32,000 bases of DNA, from contig MKSO01000001.1 of the NCBI GenBank assembly GCA_001897305.1, positions 270,001 to 302,000 on the forward strand. The letters run 5' to 3'. Origin of the DNA: Candidatus Saccharimonadota bacterium (GTDB lineage Bacteria; Patescibacteriota; Saccharimonadia; Saccharimonadales; Saccharimonadaceae). This document shows, in pieces, positions 17,711 through 26,647 of this stretch. The position numbers and the translations under genes are program-made. The stretch's first letter is position 1. Every line of letters begins with the position of its first letter. The notes beneath the pieces were generated by a model. It saw only the letters and a program-made list of their open reading frames with translations. It was not told where the DNA came from and did not search any database.

Positions 17711-18392
17711 AAGCACGCTTTTCCAGTGTATTGATTTCGACCGAACACTTTTTGATACTCCGCGTTTTGTGAAAGCGCTTACTGACGAAGTCGATCGGGT
17801 TCATCCAGGTATGGGGGCTGAGCTTGATAAAAAATTTGAAAGTGCCTATAAGGCTGAGCGAACGTTTTTTCTTATGCGTCATTTACGCAGTACACTTGGG
17901 AGCGAGGCGGTTATGCAACTGGTTGAGGCGCTCATTAAGCGGCATAAGGGGGATCGCTTCTTGCTGCCCGGTGCACTCGAGCGAATACAGTTGGCTGACG
18001 AAATAAGTACTCAACGACCAGCCTGGGGGCTTCTTACATATGGTGATATGGCCGATCAAAAATTGAAAATTGCTATAGCAGGGCTAAACCAAGCGCCATT
18101 GCATATGACCGATACGCCGCATAAGGCAGCTGTAATAGCGAGTTGGCAACAACCAGATGGCACCTTTCAGCTCCCTAGTGAATTCGGTAGTCAAATAGTG
18201 ACACAAGTAACACTAGAAGATGACAAGCTTAGGGCTTTTAAGGACTTACCAAAGGGTGTGGTGGGTGTATGGGTGCATCCAGGTGAGCAAAGAGGTGAGT
18301 ATCAGGAAGTTGCTACTCAAGGCGGTATTATTACTGAGGCACCATCTGTCGCAGAGTCTGGCGAGCTGCTCAGGCATCTATTTTCTAAGTAA
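17703..18392 (+). CDS. HAD-superfamily hydrolase-like protein
   Basis: 229 aa with an N-terminal DxDxT motif (CIDFDRTLFDT). It overlaps yvcK by 8 nt. Confidence 0.5.
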   Translation: MIKSTLFQCIDFDRTLFDTPRFVKALTDEVDRVHPGMGAELDKKFESAYKAERTFFLMRHLRSTLGSEAVMQLVEALIKRHKGDRFLLPGALERIQLADEISTQRPAWGLLTYGDMADQKLKIAIAGLNQAPLHMTDTPHKAAVIASWQQPDGTFQLPSEFGSQIVTQVTLEDDKLRAFKDLPKGVVGVWVHPGEQRGEYQEVATQGGIITEAPSVAESGELLRHLFSK

Positions 18393-18456
18393 AGGAAAAC
18401 CCCGCTGGCTGCGAGGCTCCTGGGTTGGGGGCCGAGCTCGGCGGGGTGGGTGACGC

Positions 18457-18834
18457 CTAGGCGTCGGGCTTCACGAGGGTGAAGTGTGGGTCGTCGGTTC
18501 CGAATGTTCGACCCTGCCAGGCACGCCTGCCGTCGGACGAGCGAACTTGGATCTGGAAGTCTTCTCCGATCTTTTCGATCTCGATTGCCTTCTTCTGCCC
18601 GAGGAGCGACCAGTCTTTACTACGCTCGATGTGCCACGGTCCGTTCTGGCTCCCGCTTTCGCTGACAGCTAGCCACTCCAGTGTGATGTTGAGTAGATAG
18701 CCGTGAAATACTTCGATGGACTTGATGGGTCCGGCGAAAGTCGACCCTGCCTCGTATACCCGAAGGAATCTTCCTTCGTAGTTGCCACTGGCAACTTGCT
18801 CGAGGCCGATTTTTTCGGGCTCTTGCTGGTCCAT
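18457..18834 (-). CDS. GC-enriched orphan CDS B (125 aa), unknown function, probably foreign
   Basis: ATG 18834 lies 4 nt after an AGGAG. The codons are dominated by C-ending forms (ATC, GAC, TTC, CTC), unlike the neighbours. Hand-counted lines range from 29/60 to 39/60 G+C. The 3' flank is very GC-rich. Confidence 0.55.
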   Translation of the reverse strand: MDQQEPEKIGLEQVASGNYEGRFLRVYEAGSTFAGPIKSIEVFHGYLLNITLEWLAVSESGSQNGPWHIERSKDWSLLGQKKAIEIEKIGEDFQIQVRSSDGRRAWQGRTFGTDDPHFTLVKPDA

Positions 18835-18880
18835 GATGCTCCTAACTGCTTGGAGATTACACACCCTGTGTAACTATATT

Positions 18881-18909
18881 ATTATAGCATATTTCTGTAA
18901 AAAACTCAA
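18881..18909 (-). promoter_or_regulatory. Consensus-like promoter of cassette B
   Basis: On the minus strand: TTGAGT (18904-18909), a 17-nt spacer, then an extended -10 TGCTATAAT (18881-18889). Confidence 0.6.
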
Positions 18910-19050
18910 TATACCATAAACGCAATGATACGTATGTGGAAAATACCACGCTTAATTTTGTATCTACAAAACAGCGTAACACCGGTAAGTGTATATGGTT
19001 TTCCCCAATAATGTGGATAAATCGACACGTTATGAAAAAATGTCAAAATT

Positions 19051-19084
19051 GGGGGTTGTAGTGGGTAATTGTGGGTAGTATGAT
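19051..19084 (+). promoter_or_regulatory. Putative MraZ operator (three phased GTGGG-type boxes) overlapping the mraZ promoter
   Basis: GGGGG (19051-19055), GTGGG (19061-19065) and GTGGG (19071-19075) sit at a 10-bp period. A -35-like TTGTAG lies at 19056-19061 and TATGAT at 19079-19084. Confidence 0.55.
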
Positions 19085-19161
19085 GAGTCCAAGTGGCAAA
19101 GCAGCCCACTAAGACAAAAAACTACATTAAAAAATAACTCTAGCACCCTAAGGAAAAACGA

Positions 19162-19536
19162 GTGGCCCGCATAGATTATTTCGAACGAAGACTAGACGAC
19201 AAGCGTCGATTGACGATACCGTCAGAGCTTCGCGAAGAATTTATTTCCGGCATTGTTCTTACGAGGGGGTTTGGGCAGTATTTGCACCTTTATCCAAAAG
19301 CGGTATGGGAGCAAGAAGTCGAACCGGCTTTGAACGCCAGTGGCAGTATTCTTGATGAGAAGATAGCCGACGTAAACGTTCAATTTCGCCGCGGGAAGAC
19401 TGAAGCCGAGCTTGACGACAAACAAGGTCGCGTAACGATCGAGCAGCATTTGCTTGACTATGGTCGTATCACGAAAGATATTGTTGCCGTTCGGGCGGGG
19501 CAGTACTGGCGCCTAATGGCTGGAGATTCAGAATAG
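19162..19536 (+). CDS. mraZ: Transcriptional regulator MraZ
   Basis: 124 aa with a GTG start 7 nt after AAGGA. It has two SpoVT/AbrB-like repeats (LDDKRRLTIPSELR and LDDKQGRVTIEQHL). Confidence 0.85.
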   Translation: MARIDYFERRLDDKRRLTIPSELREEFISGIVLTRGFGQYLHLYPKAVWEQEVEPALNASGSILDEKIADVNVQFRRGKTEAELDDKQGRVTIEQHLLDYGRITKDIVAVRAGQYWRLMAGDSE

Positions 19537-19860
19537 ACCGCACTAAGCGCGTACACGCTTACCTTGTAGTACGTCTGTTCTTTGACAATTAAACACGAAA
19601 GAAAAACTCTCGAGATCAACTATCTGGTAGTGAGGCGTGGTACGTGGCCCACATTAATAAAGCCATTGCACCTTTCTCCAAAACACACCTCCCAAAACTC
19701 CACCTCACATAAGTCTCTCAACACGTTCTCGCCCCAACAAGAGCTGCCACCAATTATGGTACTTCCGCTCTGGCAAGAACACGACTTTTACAAAAACAAA
19801 CACACCTGCGAAAACAAACAGCTTCGCTATCAGTTAGGTGATCTCGAGAAATTTCGAGCA

Positions 19861-19899
19861 AAAAGCACCAAAAATGAAGTTCTTCATTTTTGTGCTTTT
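19861..19899 (+). terminator. Strong hairpin, possible terminator between mraZ and rsmH
   Basis: 18-bp stem with one bulged C (19869) and a gttc loop. The 3' arm ends in TTTT. Confidence 0.45.
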
Positions 19900-19911
19900 G
19901 TGAGAAATTTC

Positions 19912-19941
19912 GATGAGATATGGCCTTGGTCATATCTCATC
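19912..19941. other. Perfect 11-bp stem-loop
   Basis: gatgagatatg (19912-19922) pairs with catatctcatc (19931-19941), leaving an 8-nt loop. Confidence 0.5.
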
Positions 19942-19999
19942 CTCCTCTCAGTACATTAATCAGTTCTTGTTATCAAGGCTGTGCGATATACTGTAGGAG

Positions 20000-20890
20000 A
20001 TGAGTAAAGAACATCCACCACTTCAACATGTTCCGGTTCTATTCGACGCTGTTCTTCGCGAGCTTGCACCGAAAGCGGGTGAGTCCTATTTAGACCTCAC
20101 CGCTGGCTATGCGGGCCATGCAACGGCAGTTTTGAGTATAACCAAAAACGATAAGGAGAGTGTTCTGGTCGACCGTGATGATTATGCGATTGCGCATCTT
20201 CAGCACTTAGCAGACCGGGGCGTTCAATTAATGCACACCGATTTTGTATCTGCGGCAAAGCAGCTCTGCGAAGAAGGTAGGGCATTTGATCTTATCCTGA
20301 TTGACTTGGGGGTGTCGTCACCACAGCTCGATCAGGGCGAACGAGGGTTTTCATTCTCACATAATGGTCCGCTGGATATGCGTATGGATCGATCTCAAGG
20401 TAGTACAGCCTCGGAATTGATTAACAAGGCAACTGTCCAGGAACTCGCAACTATTATTCACGAGTACGGCGAAGAGCCCTACATGCAAGCTAAGAATCTT
20501 GCCGAAGTAATAGTCGGCCAACGGCCGTTTCGTGACACTGAAAGCCTAGCGGAACTGATTAAGCAACACTATCGTGGCCGAGCCGGAAAAATCCATCCCG
20601 CCACGCGTACTTTTCAAGCGCTCCGCATTGCCGTCAACGACGAACTTGGGCAAGTGAAAGCAATCCTGCCATTTCTTCCGAAACTTTTACATAAAGGTGG
20701 AAGAGTAGGGGTTATAAGCTTTCATAGCCTTGAAGATCGTCTGGTGAAACGCTTTTTTAAAGAGCAGATCGAGTCAGGATTAGAAGCTGAACTCGATATC
20801 CTCACCAAACACCCCATTTCAGGAGCCACCGACGACGTTCACAATCCGCGTTCACGTAGTGCAAAGCTACGAGTCGCTGTGAAAAAATAA
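20000..20890 (+). CDS. rsmH: 16S rRNA (cytosine1402-N4)-methyltransferase
   Basis: 296 aa with HVPVL, YLDLTAGYAGHA, DLGVSSPQLD and ISFHSLEDRLVK. TATACT 19987-19992 lies 7 nt before the ATG. Confidence 0.92.
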   Translation: MSKEHPPLQHVPVLFDAVLRELAPKAGESYLDLTAGYAGHATAVLSITKNDKESVLVDRDDYAIAHLQHLADRGVQLMHTDFVSAAKQLCEEGRAFDLILIDLGVSSPQLDQGERGFSFSHNGPLDMRMDRSQGSTASELINKATVQELATIIHEYGEEPYMQAKNLAEVIVGQRPFRDTESLAELIKQHYRGRAGKIHPATRTFQALRIAVNDELGQVKAILPFLPKLLHKGGRVGVISFHSLEDRLVKRFFKEQIESGLEAELDILTKHPISGATDDVHNPRSRSAKLRVAVKK

Positions 20891-20988
20891 AAAAAAGAAA
20901 GGGCAAAAAATATGCCAGTTCACATCACTGTACAATACGCAGACCAACCACAAATCGTAGCGGTTCGCGTAAAGTAACACATCATATA

Positions 20989-21024
20989 CTTTCGGCCTGC
21001 TTCCTCATAGCAGCAGGCCGAAAG
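20989..21024. other. 13-bp perfect stem-loop in the rsmH-ftsL spacer
   Basis: ctttcggcctgct (20989-21001) pairs with agcaggccgaaag (21012-21024), leaving a 10-nt loop. No T-run follows. Confidence 0.5.
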
Positions 21025-21100
21025 GCCACGTGACCTACCTAGGCCTAAAGCCTATCGGGGCCATACAAAAAACATCAACAAATAAAAACAAACAAGTAGT

Positions 21101-21448
21101 ATGTCACAAAACACTAATTATTATGTATCTAGGCGCCAGCAAAACTGGTCTCGCAATCAGAACACAACTCGTTTTCAGTCTGCTGTAAAGCTTGGCCCGG
21201 TTGCCCATACCGTATTGGTTGCACTAATGATTATTGTGCTCGGGTTAATTTACGTGACACAGGCCACTCGCACAACCGGCTATGACTACGAAGCGCAGAA
21301 GATAGATAATCAAATTTCAAGCTACGCCGAGCAAAAGAGCGAACTTGAAGTTGAAAGCGCTCGTTTGACCGCCCTTGAGACGGTAAAGAATAGCAACGTG
21401 GCTAAAGAGATGACCACACCGGCTAGTACACAATACGTAAACGAGTAA
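21101..21448 (+). CDS. ftsL: FtsL-like cell division protein
   Basis: 115 aa with a basic N-terminus, a single TM helix (VLVALMIIVLGLIYV) and a coiled-coil-like segment. Its position between rsmH and the PBP gene fits FtsL. Confidence 0.55.
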   Translation: MSQNTNYYVSRRQQNWSRNQNTTRFQSAVKLGPVAHTVLVALMIIVLGLIYVTQATRTTGYDYEAQKIDNQISSYAEQKSELEVESARLTALETVKNSNVAKEMTTPASTQYVNE

Positions 21449-21472
21449 ATTCCCGTATAATAGATAGGATAT

Positions 21473-23227
21473 ATGAAGCCTGAACTACGAAAAGGCAGTC
21501 GCTCACGAATTTTAGCTGGCATCGTTTTAGCGATCGCCACTATTTTTGTGTTTCGTTTGTTTTATTTGCAGGTTATTCAGCATGATCACTATGTTGCCTT
21601 GGCACAGGCCGAGCAGGTGAAGCGCGATAGGCTACCTGCTAGCCGGGGTGAAATCTATGCTTTAAACGGCAGCACGCCAGTAAAATTGGTTATGAACGAA
21701 ACGGTGTATACGGTGTTTATTGACCCGTTTGTCGTGAACCAATCTAAAGAAGTTGACGAACTCCGCCAGGTAATGAAAGATGTTGCCGGTGGTAATTTAT
21801 TGAGCACTTTTGAAGACTCAGTCAATGCAACCGACAGTCGCTACCAGGTTATTGCTAAGAGGGTAACCCGAACCCAGGCGGAAAAAATAAAGGAAAAACA
21901 CCTTAAGGGGGTGAGGTTCTTAGCGGTATCGCAACGGGTATACCCAGAAGGTCAATTAGCCGCCCAAGCACTAGGTTTCGTGAACGCTGATGGTGTAGGA
22001 AACTACGGCCTTGAAGGCTATATGAATGATGAATTAAGCGGTGTTGATGGCAAGCTCGAAACCGTTACCGATGTTAGTGACGTTCCGCTTACTATAGGTA
22101 GTGGTAATATCCGTATACCTGCCAAGGATGGCAAAAATATAGTAACAACCATTGATCGCAATATTCAGTCTAAAGCCGAGCAAGCATTGGCTGATGGTAT
22201 TAAAAGGAGTAACGCAACCGATGCCAGCGTGGTTGTTATGGACCCTAACACCGGTAAGGTGATGGCGATGGCGAACCTGCCTACCTATGACCCTTCTAAG
22301 TATTACGAAGTAAAAGACGGCGCTGTATTTAATAACGCCACTATTTCCGCACCGTATGAACCCGGCTCGGATGTCAAAACCTATACAATGGCCACGGCTA
22401 TAGATAAAGGGGTGGCTAAAGCAACCGATACCTACAATAATACCGACTACATAAAGGTTGATGACCGCACAATTAGCAATGCAACAAAAGGCCATACAGG
22501 GGTTATTAGCTTTCAAACGGCCCTAACGTGGTCGCTAAACACCGGCTTCGTAACGTTGGCGCAGCGGCTAGGCAATGGTACGGAAATTACCAAAACGGCG
22601 CGCGACACTATGTACCAGTATTTCCACGATCGCTTTAAATTGGGGCAAAAAACCGGTATCGAGTTAGCTAATGAGGCAGCAGGTATTATTATTTCGCCGG
22701 ATGATGCAGATGGTAATGCTGTGCGTTATTCAAATATGTCATTTGGCCAGGGTTTGGATGCTACGATTATACAGGTGGCGAGCGGCTTCAGCGCTATTAT
22801 TAATGGAGGTAATTACTATAAACCAACTATTATTGCCGGTTCGGTAAATGACGATGGCGTATATATGCCAAACGAAGCACCTCAACCAATTGAGACAGGT
22901 GCCGTTCAGGCCTCAACCTCTCAGCAAATTAAAGAGATGACCCATGTCGCACGGTCTGGTTTTGCCGGTATTGATAAACCCGGCTATTACATTGGTGGTA
23001 AAACGGGTACATCACAGGTTATTAGGAATGGTGTTTATGCCGATGACGAGACTATCGCGACCTATCTTGGGTATGGCGGAAGTGACATAGATCATCCAGA
23101 ATATGTCATAATGGTATCAATCCATGGTGACCATAAAGTACTTGGTGGTTCTGTGGATGCCATGCCGATTTTTTCAGAGATCTCTAACTGGTTACTCGAT
23201 TACTTAAAGATTCAACCGAAAGGCTAA
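21473..23227 (+). CDS. ftsI: Class B penicillin-binding protein (FtsI/PBP2B-type transpeptidase)
   Basis: 584 aa with an N-terminal TM anchor, a dimerisation domain, SxxK (GSDVK), SxN (SNA) and KTGT (GGKTGTSQV). Confidence 0.85.
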   Translation: MKPELRKGSRSRILAGIVLAIATIFVFRLFYLQVIQHDHYVALAQAEQVKRDRLPASRGEIYALNGSTPVKLVMNETVYTVFIDPFVVNQSKEVDELRQVMKDVAGGNLLSTFEDSVNATDSRYQVIAKRVTRTQAEKIKEKHLKGVRFLAVSQRVYPEGQLAAQALGFVNADGVGNYGLEGYMNDELSGVDGKLETVTDVSDVPLTIGSGNIRIPAKDGKNIVTTIDRNIQSKAEQALADGIKRSNATDASVVVMDPNTGKVMAMANLPTYDPSKYYEVKDGAVFNNATISAPYEPGSDVKTYTMATAIDKGVAKATDTYNNTDYIKVDDRTISNATKGHTGVISFQTALTWSLNTGFVTLAQRLGNGTEITKTARDTMYQYFHDRFKLGQKTGIELANEAAGIIISPDDADGNAVRYSNMSFGQGLDATIIQVASGFSAIINGGNYYKPTIIAGSVNDDGVYMPNEAPQPIETGAVQASTSQQIKEMTHVARSGFAGIDKPGYYIGGKTGTSQVIRNGVYADDETIATYLGYGGSDIDHPEYVIMVSIHGDHKVLGGSVDAMPIFSEISNWLLDYLKIQPKG

Positions 23228-23236
23228 GACACACAT

Positions 23237-24271
23237 ATGGAGCAACTGAACCACGCCCTAAACGATGCATTTACTCGAACGATGCTTTTAAGTGTGGCGG
23301 CTTTTATTTTGGCTATGTTTTTGACACCAATCTACACATTTGTAGCCTATAAATATAAGTTTTGGAAGCGTCAACGCACCGAAAGCACTACAGGCGAGTT
23401 ACTAAAGGTGTTTACAAAGCTGCATGCAGATAAATTCAAACGCAATATCCCTACCATGGCGGGGATGGTCTTTGTATTGGCAATTGTAGTGGTGACCTTC
23501 TGTTTTAACCTTGATCGTCGCGAGACATGGTTGCCGTTGGCGGCTTTAGCTGGTGGGGCGATTGTGGGCTTGATTGATGATATTATCAATATTCGCGGGG
23601 CTGGCAAGGGTGTCGCGGGCTTACGCTCGAGCTTAAAGTTCTTGATGATTACCGCTATTGGCCTTGTGTTAGGTTGGTTCTTCTTTGATCGGCTTGGGGT
23701 AACGGCTGTAACAGTGCCATTTATTGGCGACTGGAATCTTGGGTGGTTGATCGTGCCACTGTTTGCATTTGTTGTGGTTGCCACTGGTAACGCCGTTAAT
23801 ATTAGCGATGGCCTAGATGGCTTGGCGGGCGGCTTGGCGGCGATTGCTTTCGGGAGCTTCGGGGTTATTGCTTTGATGCAGGGAAACCCTCTTATGGCCG
23901 GCTTCTGTTTTACGGTCGTAGGAGCGCTGTTAAGTTACCTTTGGTTTAATATTTATCCAGCTCGGTTCTTTATGGGTGACGTGGGAAGTTTTGCGCTAGG
24001 AACAGCCCTTGGTGTTGTAGCGATGCTTACCAATACATTGTTTATTCTGCCAATTATCGGTATTGTATTTGTTGTCGAAGCTGGCTCAAGTTTGATTCAG
24101 ATTTTTAGTAAAAAAGTATTTAAGCGTAAAATATTCATTTCAGCGCCGATTCACCACCACTTAGAAGCCATTGGCTGGCCTGAAACAAAAGTGACGATGC
24201 GCTTTTGGGTCATTGCAGCGGTCGCGTCGTTTGTTGGAGTGATGGTTGCGTTGCTTGGGGGCATTATTTAA
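23237..24271 (+). CDS. mraY: Phospho-N-acetylmuramoyl-pentapeptide transferase
   Basis: 344 aa and polytopic, with NAVNISDGLDGLAGG, FMGDVGSFALG and APIHHH. Confidence 0.95.
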   Translation: MEQLNHALNDAFTRTMLLSVAAFILAMFLTPIYTFVAYKYKFWKRQRTESTTGELLKVFTKLHADKFKRNIPTMAGMVFVLAIVVVTFCFNLDRRETWLPLAALAGGAIVGLIDDIINIRGAGKGVAGLRSSLKFLMITAIGLVLGWFFFDRLGVTAVTVPFIGDWNLGWLIVPLFAFVVVATGNAVNISDGLDGLAGGLAAIAFGSFGVIALMQGNPLMAGFCFTVVGALLSYLWFNIYPARFFMGDVGSFALGTALGVVAMLTNTLFILPIIGIVFVVEAGSSLIQIFSKKVFKRKIFISAPIHHHLEAIGWPETKVTMRFWVIAAVASFVGVMVALLGGII

Positions 24272-24273
24272 CC

Positions 24274-25548
24274 GTGGCAACTGGGTGGCGTGATCGGCGA
24301 TCTAGCACGCCCGAAGGGGTAGTGCGCAAGCACCATGGTGACCGCCTTATTGTGGTACTTACAGTCCTACTGATGTTTATTGGTCTTTTGATCATATACG
24401 CCATCGGGCCCCAACGCGCCAACCTCTTAAACTCGGTATATGGCTTTAGCTATTCCGACACATACTTCTTCTGGAAACAGCTCCTTAGTTTTGGGCTATC
24501 GCTTGGCGCTTTCTGGGTCTTGTCGGTAGTACCATACAATCTTGTGCTAAAACATGGCTCCAAAGTGTTATGGGTCGGGTTTATTGCCTGTGCCTTACTG
24601 GCAATAGGGGGCTGGACGCATATTATTGCGGGAACTAACGGGGCGGTGCGGTGGATTGACTTGGGGCCGCTGGGAAGTGTTCAACCGGCTGAAATTCTTA
24701 AGTTCGGGGTTTTGCTGTATTTAGCAGTATTTCTAGGCATACGGTCGCGAGAGGGGCGTGTAAATGACCTTAAGGCCACACTTCTTCCGGTTGGTATGCT
24801 GGCGGCCTTTGCGCTGTTGTTCGTGATTGTTATTCAAAAAGACCTCGGAACAGGTATCTCCTTGACGGCTATTGTGGCGACAATGCTGGTTGTGGCGGGG
24901 ATTAACCGTAAGATTATCTTTTCGCTTTTTGGCTTACTTTTGATAGCGGGTACTATCCTTATATTTACCTCACCTCACCGTATTGAGCGTGTCTTAACTT
25001 ATTTGGAAGGCGATAACACCTCAACATCAGATGCTGAATCGTACCACATTGAACACGCCAAAATTGCCATTGGCTCTGGCGGGTTGTTTGGGGTAGGGAT
25101 TGGCGATAGTGTCCAGGCTTCAGGATACTTACCGGAAGCAATCAACGACTCGATCTTTGCTATTATTGGTGAGACCTTTGGTTTTGTTGGTACCGTAGCG
25201 CTCATAGCTTTGTTTGTGGCGCTGCTTATGCGTTTACTTGGGGTGATGGACCACATGGTGGATGTACGACTAAAGTTATTAGCTGCTGGCGTGTTTGGTT
25301 GGCTAGGGGCGCATGTTATTCTTAATATAGCTGCTATGATTGGCATCTTCCCATTAACGGGTATTACCTTACCGCTTCTGAGTTATGGGGGAACGAGTAT
25401 GATATTCATGGCCGCAGCCCTTGGGCTTATATTTCAGTTATCAAAGTACACGGTGCATGCATCGCATATAAAGGAGGACATCAATGAGGATTCTCGCAGT
25501 CGGCGGGGGGTCGGGCGGACACGTTACGCCAGTCGTCGCGGTGCTTAA
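24274..25548 (+). CDS. ftsW: FtsW/RodA/SpoVE-family peptidoglycan polymerase
   Basis: Contains LPEAINDSIFAIIGETFGFVG and FPLTGITLPLLSYGGTSM. I chose GTG 24274, which lies 2 nt after the mraY stop, over the track TTG 24205, but the start is uncertain. Confidence 0.85.
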   Translation: MATGWRDRRSSTPEGVVRKHHGDRLIVVLTVLLMFIGLLIIYAIGPQRANLLNSVYGFSYSDTYFFWKQLLSFGLSLGAFWVLSVVPYNLVLKHGSKVLWVGFIACALLAIGGWTHIIAGTNGAVRWIDLGPLGSVQPAEILKFGVLLYLAVFLGIRSREGRVNDLKATLLPVGMLAAFALLFVIVIQKDLGTGISLTAIVATMLVVAGINRKIIFSLFGLLLIAGTILIFTSPHRIERVLTYLEGDNTSTSDAESYHIEHAKIAIGSGGLFGVGIGDSVQASGYLPEAINDSIFAIIGETFGFVGTVALIALFVALLMRLLGVMDHMVDVRLKLLAAGVFGWLGAHVILNIAAMIGIFPLTGITLPLLSYGGTSMIFMAAALGLIFQLSKYTVHASHIKEDINEDSRSRRGVGRTRYASRRGA

Positions 25549-26629
25549 AGAGCTTCGCAGCGAAGAACCTGATGTTGAACTACGCTTCTGGTGTGATACA
25601 GGGTTTGTACAACAAGCTTCAAAAATTGTCGGCGCCTTCGATGCTACTATTCCGGTTGAAACGATCATGTCGGGGCGTTTACGAAGGTATCATCACCTGA
25701 CATTTTGGCAGCACATTACATGGTTTTCACTTATGCGCCAAAACTTTGTCGATAGCTTTAAAGTTATCGGTGGTTTTTTTCAGAGTTTTTGGAAATTACT
25801 ATTGTGGCGCCCTGACGTTGTATTTACCAAGGGTGGATTTGTATGTTTACCGGTAGGCATGGCGGCGCATCTTTTGCGTATTCCTTTGGTTATACATGAC
25901 TCAGACGCGCACCCGGGCCTTACAAACCGCGTACTGTCGCGTTGGGCGACAAAAATTGCTACTGGTTCTCCGCTAGAGTACTACCCATATCCAAAAGACA
26001 GATCTTATTATGTCGGTATTCCTATTAGTGAAAAATTCGAACACTATAACTCGACGAAACAAGCAGCCGCCAAAAAACGCTGGAAGGTTGACGCCGATGC
26101 TCCGCTGATTGTTGTTACTGGTGGTGGCCTGGGGGCAAAACGCTTAAACGAAACCGTTATAGCCGCTTTGCCAGAACTCGAAAAGCTTGGCTCGGTGATT
26201 CTTGTAGCAGGTGCGGGTCATTACGAAACCCTCCGAAACTCAGTAAAAGATACAAGCAAGTTCCAGCTCCATGCTTTTATAGATACAATGCCCGATTTGC
26301 TAGCTGCTTCGGATATCGTTGTTGCGCGTGCCGGAGCGACCACTATTCAAGAGCTTGCCGCCTTAGAGAAGCCGACAATCTTGGTACCAAACGCCGCTCT
26401 AACAGGGGGGCATCAACTAAAAAATGCCGCCGTCTATGGTGATGCACAGGTTGCGCTGGTATTGGACGAAGACGCAATGGTCGAAAAGCCAAAGCTGCTG
26501 GTTGATGCAGTTCGTTTTTACTTGAAAGACCCCAAAACGACTCGTACGATGGCGCATCGCTTCGGCATTTATGCTAAACCAGATGCTGCAAAAGACGTAG
26601 CCCACCTTATCTTATCGGCTACTAAGTAA
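25484..26629 (+). CDS. murG: Undecaprenyl-PP-MurNAc-pentapeptide UDP-GlcNAc transferase
   Basis: 381 aa with MRILAVGGGSGGHVTP and ARAGATTIQELAAL. AAGGAGG (25471-25477) lies 6 nt upstream, inside the ftsW 3' end. Confidence 0.92.
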   Translation: MRILAVGGGSGGHVTPVVAVLKELRSEEPDVELRFWCDTGFVQQASKIVGAFDATIPVETIMSGRLRRYHHLTFWQHITWFSLMRQNFVDSFKVIGGFFQSFWKLLLWRPDVVFTKGGFVCLPVGMAAHLLRIPLVIHDSDAHPGLTNRVLSRWATKIATGSPLEYYPYPKDRSYYVGIPISEKFEHYNSTKQAAAKKRWKVDADAPLIVVTGGGLGAKRLNETVIAALPELEKLGSVILVAGAGHYETLRNSVKDTSKFQLHAFIDTMPDLLAASDIVVARAGATTIQELAALEKPTILVPNAALTGGHQLKNAAVYGDAQVALVLDEDAMVEKPKLLVDAVRFYLKDPKTTRTMAHRFGIYAKPDAAKDVAHLILSATK

Positions 26630-26647
26630 GGTATAATAAACATAACC

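Noticed and set aside
18906-19109. 67-aa minus-strand ORF upstream of mraZ
   Set aside because: It sits inside the cassette B and mraZ promoter/operator region. It has no SD and an unconvincing composition.
19582-19959. 125-aa TTG-start ORF in the mraZ-rsmH spacer
   Set aside because: It has a non-ATG start with no SD. The product is low-complexity (His/Pro/Thr/Lys-rich) and reflects the G-depleted DNA. The ORF runs through two strong hairpins.
24205-24273. TTG 24205 as the ftsW start (67-nt overlap with mraY)
   Set aside because: The extension is Cys/Trp/Gly-rich and non-protein-like, and it lies wholly inside mraY. GTG 24274, just after the mraY stop, is more plausible, though not proven.
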